Origin: Ignavibacteria bacterium
GTDB taxonomy: Bacteria > Bacteroidota > Ignavibacteria > Kapaibacteriales > UBA4661
Assembly (NCBI GenBank): GCA_013298775.1
Contig: JAAFIV010000014.1
Span: 30,197 to 94,196 of the forward strand
Reading direction: 5' to 3'
Length of the DNA: 64,000 nt
How positions within the stretch are numbered: position 1 is the first letter of the stretch; every line of letters starts with the position of its first letter. Below, one piece after another: positions 17,093-26,950 of the stretch. The position numbers and the translations under genes were made by a program. Below the pieces are notes generated by a model that was not told the DNA's origin, searched no databases, and saw only the letters and a list, made by a program, of their open reading frames with translations.

Positions 17093-18970
17093 CTACAACT
17101 CGCGGCGCAGGCGTGCAGGGGGAATCGCCATCAGGTCGCGGTATTTTGCAACGGTGCGGCGGGCAATTGTGAAGCCGTGTTTTGCCAGCTCTTGCACGAG
17201 TTTATCGTCGCTGAGAGGTTTGCTTTTTGGCTCTTGCCCAATAAGCTCTTTGAGTTTTTCTTTGATAACACGGGTGGAAATTTCATTGTCGCCATCGTCC
17301 TCGTCATCATCGTCTGCCGTAGAAGCCTTGCCATTACTTGATTTTGCGGAAAGCGAGCCGTTTGCAAGAGGGTCTTTCGGCATTGGCAAACCTTCGCTGA
17401 AAAAGTAGCGCAATTCAAACACGCCAAAATCCGTCTGCGTGTATTTGTTGTTCACCACGCGGCACACGGTGGAAATATCCACGCCCGTATCCTCGGCAAT
17501 ATCCTTGTAAATAAGCGGGCGAATGGAGCTTTTTCCATGAATAAAAAACTCACGCTGACGGTGGACAATCGCTGTCATCACGCGCATCATCGTATGCCGA
17601 CGTTGCTTGAGCGCGAGGATGAGGAATTTCGCATCATCATACTTTTGCTTCAAAAATTGGCGCGTGTCCTTGTTCAATTTCTGACTTTTCATGCCCTTTT
17701 TCGTGAACTCGCGCACTTGATTTTTCATCTGCTCGTACATTTTGTTCACGCGCACGGTCGGTACGCGGCTGTCGTTCAGTTGAATGAGGAAGTCGTCTTT
17801 TTCTTCGTCGAAATGAATGAGAAAGTCGGGAACAATAGAATTGGTGCCGCTTCCAGAGTCGCCACCGCCTGGCTTCGGGTTCAGGGCGCGAATTGCCTTC
17901 AGAGCCTCGCGCAAATAGGTTTCATTCACCTTCAATTCCCGCATGATGACTTCGTAGTGCTTCATTTTGAAGGCATCGTAGCTGCGTTCCAGCACCAACA
18001 CAGCGAGTTGCTGCGGGGCGTTCAGCTTCGGCAAAGCGCGTAACTGCGCCAGCAAGCACTCGCGGAGGTCGCGTGCGCCAATGCCGGGCGGCTCCAGCAC
18101 TTGAATTTCCAAGAGTATTTCTTCGACCAATTCCACCGTAACGTGCTGCATTTGTGCGGGTGCGGCGGGATAGTTCTGTGCTTTCGGAGTAAGTTTTTGT
18201 GCGGGTTTGCGGGTGTAGGAAATTTCGATATTATCAAGATATTCTCCCGCAGATTCGTAATCGGCGGCATCGTAATCGTCGTCGTTGTAGGACGAAAGAA
18301 GATTGGCAGAAAAATTATTAGAAGAAGGCGCAGCGAGACCATATTTGGTGCGGTATTCGCGGGAACGCAGGTCGTTCAGCGCATCAATTTTTTCATTCGC
18401 CGCAATCACAATTTCATGCAAATCGCGCTGCAAATAGCCTGAGGATTCGATACTTCCCAAAATTTCTTCGCAGATAATTTGCTCTTCTTCGGTGAGATTG
18501 AGCATGCGCAGTTGGTCTTCCAACTCATCAAGAACGGTGCGGTGTTCGGGCATGGGAAAGCCTTCGCCGTCTTCATCGTCGCCGCCATATTTTGCGGGAT
18601 TTCCTTCATCTTCAATAAAATCAATCCACGTCTGCTCTTCAGCATTTACGCCGTTTTCACGGTCGAATACGTCAAAATCATCATCGGAACTGGTTTGCGT
18701 GGCAAATTCATCGGGTGTGGTTTCTTCGGGCGTATCGGCTTCGTTGGGCGCGTCTTCGGTGGTGGTTTCTACCTGCGTCATTCCTTCTGGTTCATCCCCA
18801 ATTTCACTATCGCCCGCGCCTTCTTCGAGCATAGGATTCATCTCCATTTCCTGCGAAATATGCTGCTCTAGCTGCAAGCCCGTGAGCTGCAGCAATTTCA
18901 GATATTGCACCTGCTGAGGAGTGAGTTTCTGCTCTAAACCAAGTTCCAGACCAAGTCCAAGACCAATCAT
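17093..18970 (-). CDS. rpoN: RNA polymerase sigma-54 factor
   Basis: N-terminal Gln/Leu-rich activator-interacting region (LTPQQVQYLKLLQLTGLQLEQHISQEMEMNP); acidic region; C-terminal RpoN box ARRTVAKYRDLMAIPPARLRR. Confidence 0.92.
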   Translation of the reverse strand: MIGLGLGLELGLEQKLTPQQVQYLKLLQLTGLQLEQHISQEMEMNPMLEEGAGDSEIGDEPEGMTQVETTTEDAPNEADTPEETTPDEFATQTSSDDDFDVFDRENGVNAEEQTWIDFIEDEGNPAKYGGDDEDGEGFPMPEHRTVLDELEDQLRMLNLTEEEQIICEEILGSIESSGYLQRDLHEIVIAANEKIDALNDLRSREYRTKYGLAAPSSNNFSANLLSSYNDDDYDAADYESAGEYLDNIEISYTRKPAQKLTPKAQNYPAAPAQMQHVTVELVEEILLEIQVLEPPGIGARDLRECLLAQLRALPKLNAPQQLAVLVLERSYDAFKMKHYEVIMRELKVNETYLREALKAIRALNPKPGGGDSGSGTNSIVPDFLIHFDEEKDDFLIQLNDSRVPTVRVNKMYEQMKNQVREFTKKGMKSQKLNKDTRQFLKQKYDDAKFLILALKQRRHTMMRVMTAIVHRQREFFIHGKSSIRPLIYKDIAEDTGVDISTVCRVVNNKYTQTDFGVFELRYFFSEGLPMPKDPLANGSLSAKSSNGKASTADDDDEDDGDNEISTRVIKEKLKELIGQEPKSKPLSDDKLVQELAKHGFTIARRTVAKYRDLMAIPPARLRREL

Positions 18971-19252
18971 GGCAAATGCGGCAAGAAAAGTGAGGAAAGT
19001 AACGGAACGGCGTTTATGGTGCTTGCTGTTCGTCCATATCGCCGCTCATCCTGAACTGAAGCGGCATTGCACAATATGGAATAGATTTTGCATAGCACAG
19101 CCGCTTGGTGTGCAAAATGCAAAAAATCTTCGCCAAGCGCAAGGGAAAAGAAAGAGGGTAGTTTGATTACGCGCAGCGCAACTGTTGCGTTGTCTGCGAA
19201 GACAAGGCTTGCCTTAATGTCATCAGCGCAAGCCCTCACACCGCTCTGCGAG

Positions 19253-19575
19253 CGACCCTCTCGCAGAGGTAGAGGGTTGAGAACGGCTCTGTGTCTTGCC
19301 CTTCTCTCTCTGGAAGAAGGGTTGGGATGAGGAAAAAATTCTTACGTTGATGACATCAAGGCATACCTTTAATGGCATTAAGTTAAGCATAACTGTATGA
19401 TTTTGAACGCTTAATCATTCGCCCCCTTGATAAAGGGGGAACGGGGGATTTGAGGTTTGAAGCGTCTTTCGACAAATCCCCCACTCGCTACGCTCGTTGC
19501 CCCCTTTATCAAGGGGGCAAGATTCTATGCGGTTTGTAGTCTTAACTTAATGCCATCAAGGCATACCTTGTCTCT
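19253..19575. repeat. Composite repeat cluster upstream of rpoN: family A half-element, then an empty family C inverted-repeat pair nested in an outer IR
   Basis: 19253-19333 matches one arm plus loop of family A. 19416-19528 has cattcgcccccttgataaagggggaacgggggattt and its degenerate inverted copy. Outer IR catcaaggcatacc..atggcattaagttaag / cttaacttaatgccatcaaggcatacc. Confidence 0.6.
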
Positions 19576-19598
19576 ACATTATGCAGGGTTGGTATCAT

Positions 19599-21368
19599 CT
19601 ACATCGCCGAAATTTCCGCTTCCAAAAGCTGCCGCGAATACATATCTGCATACATGCCGTTGCGTGCCAAGAGCGCGTCGTGACTGCCTTCTTCGGCAAT
19701 CATTCCATTTTTCAGAACAAGGATGTTATCTGCATGTTTTACGGTCGAAATGCGGTGCGCAATGATAATACTGGTGCGGTTTTCCATCACTTTTTTCAAG
19801 CCATGCAGGATGCGCTCTTCGGTTTCGGTATCAACTGCCGAAAGAGAATCATCGAAAATAATAATCTTGGGATTGCTGATAATGGCGCGGGCAATGGCGG
19901 TGCGCTGCTTCTGCCCGCCCGACAAGGTTACACCGCGCTCGCCGACCATTGTGGCAAATCCTTCGGGAAAAGTTTTGATATTTTCGTGCAACTGCGCAAG
20001 AATACTTGCTTCCACGACATCATCCATCGAAGCCTGTTGATTGCCAAAGCGGATATTATCGGCAATGGTCATGGAAAAAAGAAAGGATTCTTGCGGGACA
20101 ATGGCAATGTTCCGGCGCAAGGTGTGAAGCGGCACCGAGCGGATTGGCTGCCCGTCAATCAGCACTTCGCCGTCGCCGGCATCGAAGAGGCGCGGAATCA
20201 GGTTCACGAGCGTTGTTTTGCCGCTGCCCGTCTCGCCAACAATGCCAATGGTCTCGCCTTGTTTGATGCGAAACGAAATACCTTGCGCCTCACTTCCAAG
20301 CGCGAAGGGTAGATTTGGTGCGTACTTCATGCGCACATTGCGGAATGCAATATTTCCTTGAACATCCGTAATGGTGCGGTTTGTTAAGTCGGTGTCGCTA
20401 ATTTCCGATACTTCATCGAAAACACGACCCAAACGCCCTGTGGACGCGGCTGCGCGTTGGATAAGATTTGTTACCCAGCCAATAGCGATAACGGGCCAAA
20501 TCAGCAAACCAAGATAGATAAAAAATTGTGTCACGTCGCCAATTGTCGCTTTACCATTCATAACCAAATATCCGCCCACACCCAGCACTAATACTTGCGA
20601 TAAGCCGACTAATGCCATCATAAGCGGCATCATTACGGCTTCGATTTTCACAAGGCGCAGCATTTTTCGCAAATAACCTTCGCCCATGCTGTGGAATGCC
20701 GTAATTTCGTCTTCCTCGCGTCCGTAGGCACGAATCACGCGCACGCCAGATAAGTTTTCTTGCGCCTTTGCGGTCATTTTTGCGTAATGGTCTTGCGCGT
20801 CTTTGAAGAGCTGATGCACCCGCGAGCCGATGCGATACACACCAAACGACACAAACGGCATCGGCAAAAGTGCAGCGATGGTGATAATGGGCGAGAGCGA
20901 AATCATCATCGTGAGTGCGAAAAGAAAGGTCGTAATGGTATTTGCTGAATACATCACGGCTGGACCGAAAAACTCCCGTATTGCGGAAATGTCATTGGTG
21001 GAATATGCCATAAGTTCGCCCGTTGGGGTGCGCTGAAAATAGCGCAGGGGCAAGCGTTCTAGCGATGAAAGTACATCGCGACGAAGCTCGTATTCAATAC
21101 GCCGCGAGGCAACGATAATTGTTTTGCGCGTCAGGAACATGAAAAATCCGCTTCCCGCCGTTAGAAGCAGCATAATTCCTATGTGCAAAGCCACATCGCC
21201 CGATGTGAACACAATACCATTCTTTCCAGCAATCGAATCCACCGTTTTACCAACGATGCGCGGAAGCGAAGTAGAACAGATATTGGAAATGGTCACGAAT
21301 ATCATTCCCGAAATGAACATCCATTTGTGGCGAATGAAATAGGGCTTGAGGCGAAGAAGTTCACGCAT
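19599..21368 (-). CDS. ABC transporter ATP-binding/permease fusion (MsbA-like exporter)
   Basis: Six-TM exporter domain; Walker A GETGSGKTTL, ABC signature LSGGQKQR, Walker B IIIFDDSLSAVD; start at MRELLRLKPYF (ATG 21368). Confidence 0.9.
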   Translation of the reverse strand: MRELLRLKPYFIRHKWMFISGMIFVTISNICSTSLPRIVGKTVDSIAGKNGIVFTSGDVALHIGIMLLLTAGSGFFMFLTRKTIIVASRRIEYELRRDVLSSLERLPLRYFQRTPTGELMAYSTNDISAIREFFGPAVMYSANTITTFLFALTMMISLSPIITIAALLPMPFVSFGVYRIGSRVHQLFKDAQDHYAKMTAKAQENLSGVRVIRAYGREEDEITAFHSMGEGYLRKMLRLVKIEAVMMPLMMALVGLSQVLVLGVGGYLVMNGKATIGDVTQFFIYLGLLIWPVIAIGWVTNLIQRAAASTGRLGRVFDEVSEISDTDLTNRTITDVQGNIAFRNVRMKYAPNLPFALGSEAQGISFRIKQGETIGIVGETGSGKTTLVNLIPRLFDAGDGEVLIDGQPIRSVPLHTLRRNIAIVPQESFLFSMTIADNIRFGNQQASMDDVVEASILAQLHENIKTFPEGFATMVGERGVTLSGGQKQRTAIARAIISNPKIIIFDDSLSAVDTETEERILHGLKKVMENRTSIIIAHRISTVKHADNILVLKNGMIAEEGSHDALLARNGMYADMYSRQLLEAEISAM

Positions 21369-21467
21369 TGGAAGTGGGGAAGAGAGAGAAAAATTCGGGG
21401 GAATTAAAGGGAAGCAGAGCGAATGTAATCTACGCACAACCGAGTATTCCTGCGGCTTTGCAAAACA

Positions 21468-21839
21468 TTACGCTTTCCATGCCGCATCGCTATTGCGCAC
21501 AAAATCTACGCGCTGGATGAAACCGTCGCGCACTTCGTAAATAGTCAGCACCTCGAAGGGCTTGGATTCAGGCGTGCGCATCACGCGCTCGTGGTCAATC
21601 ACGCGATTGTCAATCACGGCGCGGTACAAGCGTTCCGTGCGATTGTGCGGAAATTCTTTGAAGAGCTTGGCGTAATATTCCAAAAACTCTGGTTTGTTTA
21701 CTTGCGTTGGAAAATTTGGATGCTCGTACACAACCGCATCATCCGCAAAGCAATTCGCAAACGCCTCAGCATCATGCGCATTGTAAGCAGCAATGAGGCG
21801 GTCAATGAGTTCTTCGGCTTGTTGTTTTAATCCAGGCAT
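21468..21839 (-). CDS. NTF2-like/SnoaL-like superfamily small protein
   Basis: 123 aa; LIDRLIAAYNAHDAEAFANCFADDAVVYEHP... is typical of NTF2-fold DUF4440/SnoaL-like proteins. Confidence 0.55.
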   Translation of the reverse strand: MPGLKQQAEELIDRLIAAYNAHDAEAFANCFADDAVVYEHPNFPTQVNKPEFLEYYAKLFKEFPHNRTERLYRAVIDNRVIDHERVMRTPESKPFEVLTIYEVRDGFIQRVDFVRNSDAAWKA

Positions 21840-22063
21840 AATGGAATGGTCATTGAGTATGTGATTCTAGCAATTACGCAGTGATACCGAACAATGCGAG
21901 TAAGGAAGGCGAATTTGAGGACTGTAAGGAATTCTAAAGATGGAAAAAGTCCTCAACATTCTGATAGTCTGGGCTTCATCGTATCTTGGTTTTCCGCGTT
22001 CCAATAATCGTTGTGTAATAAGTTGTGTAATAAGTTGTGTAATAAAACGTGTGAAACGTATAA

Positions 22064-22666
22064 TTACTCCACCGTGTAGCCCGCTCCACGCAAGGCTTTT
22101 ACGGCACGGGCAAACTTTGCTTGGGGAATCATCACGTAGTCCGTATCGTAGGTTGCGATGATATTGAGGTTTACATCATTCTCCGCCAAAGTACCCGCAA
22201 AGCGAGCCGCAATGCCTGTGAGCGATAAGTCCATCACGCCAAGCCTGAGAATACGCCAGTTGCTGCTGATTTGCGCAATATTCCCCAAACTATGTGTATC
22301 TACATGACGGATAACCAAGCGTTCTTCGCAGACAATCGAGACTTCATCGGGGCTGCGGGAAATTGTGTAGAACGAGGATTGGAAAATAAACTCTGGCATT
22401 CCGCGTACAATCTGGGGCGGCAAGCGCAGAATAGCAAAGGTTTCGGGTAAAATTTGAAAACTCAATGTAGCGGCAAGTGCAGCAACGCGTTTCGCCTCTA
22501 TTTCTTGGCGATACTCTTCCTGCAAAGCCGCATCACTACTTGTTGATACAGGCGTTTCCTGCGCAGATTCTTCCACGCTGGATTCCTTCTGCACAATGGT
22601 AGTCTCTTCAAATGCAAGTTCTTGCATAAGAGGCTGTACAGTAGATATTATCTGCGTTTCAGACAT
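22064..22666 (-). CDS. ACT-domain-containing protein
   Basis: C-terminal about 110 aa resemble the ACT_7-type regulatory fold (LSLTGIAARFAGTLAENDVNLNIIATYDTDYVMIP); acidic N-terminus. Confidence 0.45.
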   Translation of the reverse strand: MSETQIISTVQPLMQELAFEETTIVQKESSVEESAQETPVSTSSDAALQEEYRQEIEAKRVAALAATLSFQILPETFAILRLPPQIVRGMPEFIFQSSFYTISRSPDEVSIVCEERLVIRHVDTHSLGNIAQISSNWRILRLGVMDLSLTGIAARFAGTLAENDVNLNIIATYDTDYVMIPQAKFARAVKALRGAGYTVE

Positions 22667-22685
22667 TTTGCGAAAGTTCCATGAG

Positions 22686-22910
22686 TTACAAAAATTTCCG
22701 AAATTCTTTTGTTGTCCAGCCCGCTTGTTTTATCAATGAATGAAGTAAGCCTTTATCAAGAGTACGATGAAGAGGAACAGGAAGCGTACGCATTCCGTCT
22801 GGAGAAGAAAAAATTCGATGACTTCCTGTTTGACGGCGAAACACCCAGCCCAAACGTTCCAGAATATCAATAAACTCCTGACCCGAGAGAACTGGCAATC
22901 GCTCGCTCAC
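22686..22910 (-). CDS. hicA: HicA-family type II toxin (mRNA interferase)
   Basis: 74 aa; matches HicA consensus including GSHRIF, PVPLH, LIKQAGW. Confidence 0.8.
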   Translation of the reverse strand: MSERLPVLSGQEFIDILERLGWVFRRQTGSHRIFSSPDGMRTLPVPLHRTLDKGLLHSLIKQAGWTTKEFRKFL

Positions 22911-23131
22911 AATTCCACCTCTGCTGTCTCTAAAATGCTCAACACTTCACCTGCTTCTGGTGCAGACAAACCAAGTTCTTTACGAACCTGTAATGTTGCT
23001 TCCATGACCTCGCGGATATTTGCCAATGCTTCAGCACGGGTCTCACCTTGCGTGATACAGCCAGGAATAGAGGGGCATTCCGCTATTATCCAGCCGTCTT
23101 TGCCGTTAAATAAGACTATTGGATACTTCAT
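22907..23131 (-). CDS. hicB: HicB-family antitoxin
   Basis: MKYPIVLFNGKDGWIIAECPSIPGCITQGETRAEALANIREVMEA is the UPF0150/HicB N-domain pattern; 4-nt overlap with hicA. Confidence 0.7.
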   Translation of the reverse strand: MKYPIVLFNGKDGWIIAECPSIPGCITQGETRAEALANIREVMEATLQVRKELGLSAPEAGEVLSILETAEVEL

Positions 23132-23224
23132 CGCTTGTGCCTTCCAAAAGATTGGAACAGTATTGGTGAAACATTTGAATTGTCTCTTGACTACCTTTTG
23201 ATTTCCTCTTGACTGCATCAGAAC

Positions 23225-23677
23225 TTATGCTTCTGTCGAAATTATACGCGCTACTTCGGCAAACGTGCGCTCGGTCTCTTGCACACGGACGCGAATGCTG
23301 CGAAGGCGCGTCCATGCTTCGTTGGAGCATTGTTCTTGCAAGCGTGATGTTATCTCGCCGAGAAGATGTGCGGCAATATTTTCGGCGGTTGTGGGGAAAT
23401 CCACCATGACGACCTTTAAGGGATTTTCTGTGAAAAAGCGTACCATTACGTCATCCGAGCGGTCGCAAAGAAACGAGTGGTCGAGTGCGTCCACGAGCGG
23501 TGCAACGGCACGTTTGAGGTCGAGGTAGTCCAGCACCATGCCGTTTGCGTCGGTTTCGCCCTCAAGTTCCACCCAGAGCTTATACGAGTGTCCATGCACG
23601 TTCTGGCAGCCGCCCGTGTGAAACGGAAGACGGTGCGCCATTTCCCAGTGAAATTCTTTTGCAATGCGTGTATTCAT
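23225..23677 (-). CDS. queD: 6-carboxy-5,6,7,8-tetrahydropterin synthase
   Basis: EFHWEMAHRLPFHTGGCQNVHGHSYKLWVELEGE; 6-pyruvoyl-tetrahydropterin synthase family with CxxxHGH motif. Confidence 0.85.
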   Translation of the reverse strand: MNTRIAKEFHWEMAHRLPFHTGGCQNVHGHSYKLWVELEGETDANGMVLDYLDLKRAVAPLVDALDHSFLCDRSDDVMVRFFTENPLKVVMVDFPTTAENIAAHLLGEITSRLQEQCSNEAWTRLRSIRVRVQETERTFAEVARIISTEA

Positions 23678-23789
23678 AAATGAAATGAGGAAGTATGAGG
23701 GCTGAGGGATGAAATATAATCAAAAGCCTTTGCGGTTTCATCGGGCTTGCCTCAGATTTCAGCCCTCAGATTTCATCCTTTCGTGGACT

Positions 23790-24134
23790 TCATCCTTTCG
23801 TGTAACTCGCTACAATCACCGAACTGATGCCACCACGCGGACCCCATTCTGCGGTAACGGTCATTTCAAGCGGGTCGCAGAGTTCGACGAGGTCGTCTAA
23901 AATCTGATTGGTAACAGCTTCGTAGAAAATACCTTTGTTGCGAAAATCCAGATAATAGTATTTCAAGGATTTCAATTCCACGCAGGTTTTATCGGGGATG
24001 TATTCGAGCGTCATGGTGCCAAAGTCTGGCAGACCCGTCTTCGGACACATGGAGGTGAATTCGGGATTGATATGCGTGATTGTGTAACGACGACCATTTG
24101 GTGCGGGGTTGGGGAATGTTTCGAGTGTTGCCAT
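23790..24134 (-). CDS. queF: NADPH-dependent 7-cyano-7-deazaguanine reductase (type I)
   Basis: FTSMCPKTGLPDFGTMTLEYIPDKTCVELKSLKYYYLDFRNKGIFYE (QueF motif); about 114 aa from ATG at 24134. Confidence 0.85.
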   Translation of the reverse strand: MATLETFPNPAPNGRRYTITHINPEFTSMCPKTGLPDFGTMTLEYIPDKTCVELKSLKYYYLDFRNKGIFYEAVTNQILDDLVELCDPLEMTVTAEWGPRGGISSVIVASYTKG

Positions 24135-24384
24135 CGGTAATGCGGTAAGAAATTTCAAAAGAAAAAGTAAAATGAAATAGCCACAAACATACGAAATTCC
24201 GTGCATTTTCTCCAACATCCATTCACCGCACCGACCCTGAACATAAAAACACGTGAACAGCAGACGATAGCTTGCTTACAAGGGATGTACATGAAAAGTG
24301 TAAAAATGTAAAAATAGGCTTGAGAGGCAGGTAAAATCTTGTCTTCAGGCATGCAAAAGAATATTTGACACACGTTTCTCGTGC

Positions 24385-25167
24385 TTACTCCAATTCCTCA
24401 ATATCTTCATCATCATCTTCTGGCTCGAAGCGTGATTGTATCAGGTTGTAGGACGAGCGTAGCACGCCAATCAGGATATACGAAAGCATGAAGGGGAAGA
24501 GCCACGCGCCTTTGGAAAAGACTGCCAAAAGAAATCCCGCAAAAAAATACGCCATCACAAAAGGTCGCTCACGGAATGCCTTTGCCGACGGCGTAGGAAC
24601 GGCATCGTACTTCATCGTCGAGACCATAATTCCCGCAACGGCAAGCGTTACCAGCGTGATGCAGAGCGGTTTCCAGTCATTTGGAATAATCTCGCCATAG
24701 CCGCGCTGGAATGCGTCGGTATGATAAAATAAGGTGTAGGAAAGCAGTGTTAATGCGCCCGCCGGAATAGGCATCCCGCGAAAATAGAGTTTGTCGGTAC
24801 TTCCTGCTGATTGGATATTGAACCGTGCAAGGCGCAACACTCCTGCCATTGCGGGCAATGCTGCTAGGACAACACCAAATTCGCCCTGCGCATAGAAATA
24901 CACCTTGTACAACAAAAATGCGGGTGCAACGCCGAAAGAAATGGCATCGCAGAGGGAATCCAGTTGTCCGCCCAATTCGCTGGTGGATTTGGTTAATCGC
25001 GCCACCATGCCGTCTAGCACGTCAAACATCCCCGCCAGTACGATAAAACCTGCCGCCCGCGTAAAATCACCTTCCGCAATGCGCGTAATCGCCATGAAGC
25101 CTCCAAAGAGGTTCATCAAGGTAAAAAGATTCGGTATGACCGACCGTGTAACGCGAAGTTTTGCCAT
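24385..25167 (-). CDS. pssA: CDP-alcohol phosphatidyltransferase (phosphatidylserine synthase-like)
   Basis: DGMVARLTKSTSELGGQLDSLCDAISFG matches the DG..AR...G...D...D motif; multi-TM. Confidence 0.75.
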   Translation of the reverse strand: MAKLRVTRSVIPNLFTLMNLFGGFMAITRIAEGDFTRAAGFIVLAGMFDVLDGMVARLTKSTSELGGQLDSLCDAISFGVAPAFLLYKVYFYAQGEFGVVLAALPAMAGVLRLARFNIQSAGSTDKLYFRGMPIPAGALTLLSYTLFYHTDAFQRGYGEIIPNDWKPLCITLVTLAVAGIMVSTMKYDAVPTPSAKAFRERPFVMAYFFAGFLLAVFSKGAWLFPFMLSYILIGVLRSSYNLIQSRFEPEDDDEDIEELE

Positions 25168-25235
25168 GCGCTGGAGAGAATACTCAAAAAAAACTCAATA
25201 CACGACAAAATCTTTGAAGAGTTGATAACATCAGG

Positions 25236-25316
25236 CTTCAGTGGCACAGACATTCTTGTCTGTGTTTTCCGCCTACACTCCGCACTAACGCTCACAGACA
25301 AGAATGTCTGTGCCAC
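25236..25316. repeat. Family B hairpin repeat
   Basis: cagtggcacagacattcttgtctgtg ... cacagacaagaatgtctgtgccactattg. Confidence 0.7.
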
Positions 25317-25473
25317 TATTGATGAAATTTGTCGTGGAGCTAACAAAAAAACTCAGAAAATACTCAACACACACTCTCGGCAGAGAGCAGAATACAAAAG
25401 CCGTCCGTCGCAGACCGCAAATGCCAAGCATTCATGCGCTTTACAACGGACGGCTTTTCCAATATAGCTAAAT

Positions 25474-26364
25474 TTACGCTTCTCGCAATGCTTCTGCGCC
25501 ACCAACAACTTCAAGAATTTCCTTCGTAATAGCGGCTTGGCGCAATTTGTTGTACGTCAGCGTGAGACTGCGGTTGAGGTCTTTTGCGTTGCGTGTTGCA
25601 TTATCCATCGCCAGCATTCGTGCGGCTTGCTCGGCAGCGTTGGATTCCAGCATTGCCCGCCAAACCTGCATATTCAGGTGCTTCGGCAAAATACCATCCA
25701 GCACTTCGGCTTGCGAAGGCTCGTAGATATATTCGACGTTGTGTTTTGCCTTCTCCGCGCCTGGCTGTGCGGCTTTTGGAGCAATCGGCAAGAAATCATG
25801 CACGGTTACTTCTTGCTTGACGATAGAACGGAATTCGTTCACAATAACTTGCACTTTGTCGAAATCACCTTTCAAAAAGCCGCTCACGGCAAGGCGACCA
25901 ATCGTCTGCGCTTGCGAGAAATCCAGCTTTTGGAACACGCCTGGAAACGAAGCAATAATCGGCATTTCACGCTTTCCGAAGAAATCCGTTGAACGCTTGC
26001 CAATGGTGATAAGATGAAGTTTCGCGCTCGGATACTGGCTTTGCAATGCTTTTACTTGGTTTTGCGCGCCGCGCAGCAAATTCGAGTTAAAGCCCCCGCA
26101 CAAGCCTCTATCGGCACTGACAACCACTAAGGCGATATTTTTCACCTCACGACGTTGCTCAAAAAGCGGGCTGGTGAGATTTTCTTGGTCGGCTGCGAGC
26201 AAGGAAATCATATCGGAAAGTTTTTCTGCATACGGGCGTGCTGCGAACATTGCGTTCTGCGCACGGCGCATTTTTGCGACTGCCACCATCTTCATTGCAG
26301 AAGTGATTTTTGCAATGTTCTTGACCGAACCGATACGGTTCCGAATATCGCGTAATGTTGCCAT
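25474..26364 (-). CDS. atpG: F-type ATP synthase F1 gamma subunit
   Basis: MATLRDIRNRIGSVKNIAKITSAMKMVAVAKMRRAQ; about 296 aa; unlinked from the rest of the atp operon. Confidence 0.9.
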   Translation of the reverse strand: MATLRDIRNRIGSVKNIAKITSAMKMVAVAKMRRAQNAMFAARPYAEKLSDMISLLAADQENLTSPLFEQRREVKNIALVVVSADRGLCGGFNSNLLRGAQNQVKALQSQYPSAKLHLITIGKRSTDFFGKREMPIIASFPGVFQKLDFSQAQTIGRLAVSGFLKGDFDKVQVIVNEFRSIVKQEVTVHDFLPIAPKAAQPGAEKAKHNVEYIYEPSQAEVLDGILPKHLNMQVWRAMLESNAAEQAARMLAMDNATRNAKDLNRSLTLTYNKLRQAAITKEILEVVGGAEALREA

Positions 26365-26447
26365 AGGGTTTGTACGTGGTAAATCTGTATTCTGTTATTG
26401 TTCAATGTTTGTGGGATGCTTGGACGTGAACGATGTCGCATTCGCCC

Positions 26448-26934
26448 CCTTGATAAAGGGGGAACGGGGGATTTAACGCCTACAAGCCTCATCAATGCTT
26501 GTACAGATAGCTTCAAATCGCTCCAATACATCCAAATTAGTAAAGCGAATAACGCTTAGTCCATAACTACCGAGAAACGTTGTTCTTTTCGCATCATATT
26601 CTTGACCAGCATCAGTAAAATGCGGATCGCCATCAATTTCAATCACTATATTTTTTTCAGAGCAATAAAAATCAACAATATAGTTACCAAGCGGCTTCTG
26701 GCGTAGCCAGCGTACTGAGTGGGTTCGTAAAAACTCAAACCATAATTTTCGCTCGGCTAGTGTCATTGCTTGGCGCAATTCTCTTGCTCGGTCTTTCAAA
26801 GCAGGATTATACGGAATATATGGTGGTGAATTTTCCATATTTTTCACCTGAATATCCGAACTGTATTGAAGAGCAAAAAATGCACTTAGTGGTTAAATCC
26901 CCCGTTCCCCCTTTATCAAGGGGGCGAAGGAGTG
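26448..26934. mobile_element. Family C element: 37-nt terminal inverted repeats bounding a DUF559 endonuclease gene (candidate selfish REP13E12-like unit)
   Basis: Left cattcgcccccttgataaagggggaacgggggattta (26448-26486), right taaatcccccgttccccctttatcaagggggcgaaggagtg (26894-26934). Same IR pair without cargo at 19416-19528 and 45521-45797. Confidence 0.5.
26473..26847 (-). CDS. DUF559 endonuclease-domain protein (Vsr-like fold)
   Basis: LAERKLWFEFLRTH...WLRQKPLGNYIVDFYCSEKNIVIEIDGDPHF matches the DUF559 pattern (R..W..LR, xxDF, EIDG..H). Confidence 0.8.
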   Translation of the reverse strand: MKNMENSPPYIPYNPALKDRARELRQAMTLAERKLWFEFLRTHSVRWLRQKPLGNYIVDFYCSEKNIVIEIDGDPHFTDAGQEYDAKRTTFLGSYGLSVIRFTNLDVLERFEAICTSIDEACRR

Positions 26935-26950
26935 ATGCGGCTTTCGACGA

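Noticed and set aside
24135-24384. Possible preQ1 riboswitch in the queF 5' leader
   Set aside because: No match to the preQ1-I (stem + CCC...UAAAAAACUA) or preQ1-II consensus was seen when the leader was read on the coding strand.
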